Positions 26,218 to 26,960 of a stretch of 26,960 nt of DNA are shown in pieces. The first letter of the stretch is position 1; each line of letters begins with the position of its first letter. The notes below the pieces were generated by a model. It saw only the letters and a program-made list of their open reading frames with translations. It made no database searches and had not been told where the DNA came from. Location: positions 1 to 26,960 of the forward strand of contig JAZGFI010000023.1 of NCBI GenBank assembly GCA_036479435.1, in the 5' to 3' direction. Source of the DNA: Planctomycetota bacterium. Lineage in GTDB: Bacteria; Planctomycetota; GCA-002687715; DRQF01. The position numbers and the translations under genes were made by a program.

Positions 26218-26478
26218 TTATGCAGCACCGCCCTTCTCGAGGTCAGTCTTGTCGGTTTGACGTAGATCGCTGACGCGGTCGTAGGCGCGGGTGGCGAGGT
26301 GCGCGATCCGAAGGAGCTCGGAACCGCTGAAACTGTCGCTGTCGTGGTAGTTCCCGCCGTCGTCCTTGTAGGTGCGGGTGAGACTGACGGTGTAGAAGGC
26401 GCCCTTCTCGCCGAAGTTGCTCCAGATCGTTGCCTTGAGGCTGCCGTCTCTGAGTGTGTCGATGGGTTTGTTTGTCAT
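26218..26478 (-). CDS. Small conserved protein, possible PC4-like ssDNA-binding fold (86 aa)
   Basis: KPIDTLRDGSLKATIWSN...FYTVSLTRTYKD..GNYHDSDSF...ELL; beta-strands plus C-terminal helix; AAAGGA SD before ATG 26478. Confidence 0.7.
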   Translation of the reverse strand: MTNKPIDTLRDGSLKATIWSNFGEKGAFYTVSLTRTYKDDGGNYHDSDSFSGSELLRIAHLATRAYDRVSDLRQTDKTDLEKGGAA

Positions 26479-26493
26479 GCCTAGTTTCCTTTT

Positions 26494-26608
26494 GTTGGCG
26501 GTTGATGTGCCTGGACGAAAGGCGCGGCTTCGAACGATCAGCGCAAGGGTTTGGCGCGGGCAGGAGCGCAGCGACAACGCGGGCCCTTGCGCTGTGAGTG
26601 ACCGCGCC
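26494..26608 (-). promoter_or_regulatory. Structured upstream element, copy 2 (ssDNA-promoter/Frpo-like)
   Basis: Homologous to 22786-22893; stems AGCGCAAGGG/CCCTTGCGCT and TGGCGCGG/CCGCGCCA. Confidence 0.6.
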
Positions 26609-26790
26609 AGGATCAGCACGAACTCAATCCGCCATTCGATGAAAGGAACGGCCATGACGCTCCCCCATCACGGGCCACCTCAGAAGGCCCCCTCTTCGAT
26701 CTGCCGCAACGCGGCGCGGACCGCAGGTTCGCAACCGCCTCACCACGAGCACATTTGACGAACGGCGGTGTTCTGTGCCATCAATGGACG

Positions 26791-26960
26791 ATGTTCAAAG
26801 GACGAAACAAGAGAAGCGCGAAGCGCGCCCCCTACTCCCGGCAGAGGTTTCTCTGCACGGCTGGAGAGTGGCGGTTCTGTCAGAAGCTTGAGGAAGCCGT
26901 CGGGGATCGCTTCACGGTGATGATGCAGGTTCGCGTGGGTTCGATGCTTCGCTGCGACCC
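26791..26960 (+). CDS. DUF2726-family protein, 5' part (continues across the junction to 467; ~169 aa in total)
   Basis: ATG at 26791 gives MFKGRNKRSAKRAPYSRQRFLCT..., in frame with ORF 84..467. Start codon is tentative. Confidence 0.7.
   Translation, partial: MFKGRNKRSAKRAPYSRQRFLCTAGEWRFCQKLEEAVGDRFTVMMQVRVGSMLRCD
26834..26960 (+). repeat. Terminal direct repeat, copy 2
   Basis: Identical to 1-127. Confidence 0.97.

Larger units (their letters stand above)
1..26960. mobile_element. Complete circular mobilizable plasmid (~26,833 bp unique sequence)
   Basis: Exact 127-bp terminal overlap. Carries a Rep candidate, ParA, MOBP relaxase, MobC, T4CP, resolvase and TA system. No chromosomal housekeeping or phage structural genes recognised. 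Confidence 0.9.

Noticed and set aside
1..26960. Host assignment (e.g. Planctomycetota)
   Set aside because: Only an impression from GC content and a few small proteins; needs a database search.

Overview
The window looks like a complete circular plasmid of about 26,833 bp from a GC-rich bacterium. Bases 1-127 are repeated exactly at 26834-26960, and a DUF2726-like gene reads through the junction. It has five modules. (1) A defence-like operon on the minus strand: an excisionase-HTH/SF2 helicase, a small Cys4 protein, two N6-adenine MTase-like proteins and a GIY-YIG/T5orf172-helicase restriction subunit. (2) A replication/partition module: an unclassified HTH Rep candidate with an apparent intragenic origin and a probable antisense RNA, divergent from parA plus a non-canonical partner, with a repeated GCCAGAACGC motif. 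(3) A promoter/operator-headed operon in which a MotA/ExbB-like channel, an ExbD/MotB-type TM-coiled-coil-vWA protein and several small membrane proteins are coupled to a VirD4/TraG coupling protein, with no recognisable VirB genes. (4) A MOBP relaxase and MobC, followed by a regular array of ten hairpins and a probable oriT. (5) A putative leading region: two genes preceded by homologous ssDNA-promoter-like elements, a tyrosine resolvase with a dif-like site coupled to a PD-(D/E)xK nuclease, a FitAB toxin-antitoxin pair and an orphan ParD fragment. The best candidate for an undescribed system is the ion-motor/vWA/T4CP operon, followed by the hairpin array. All family calls come from motif recognition by eye; no searches were run.
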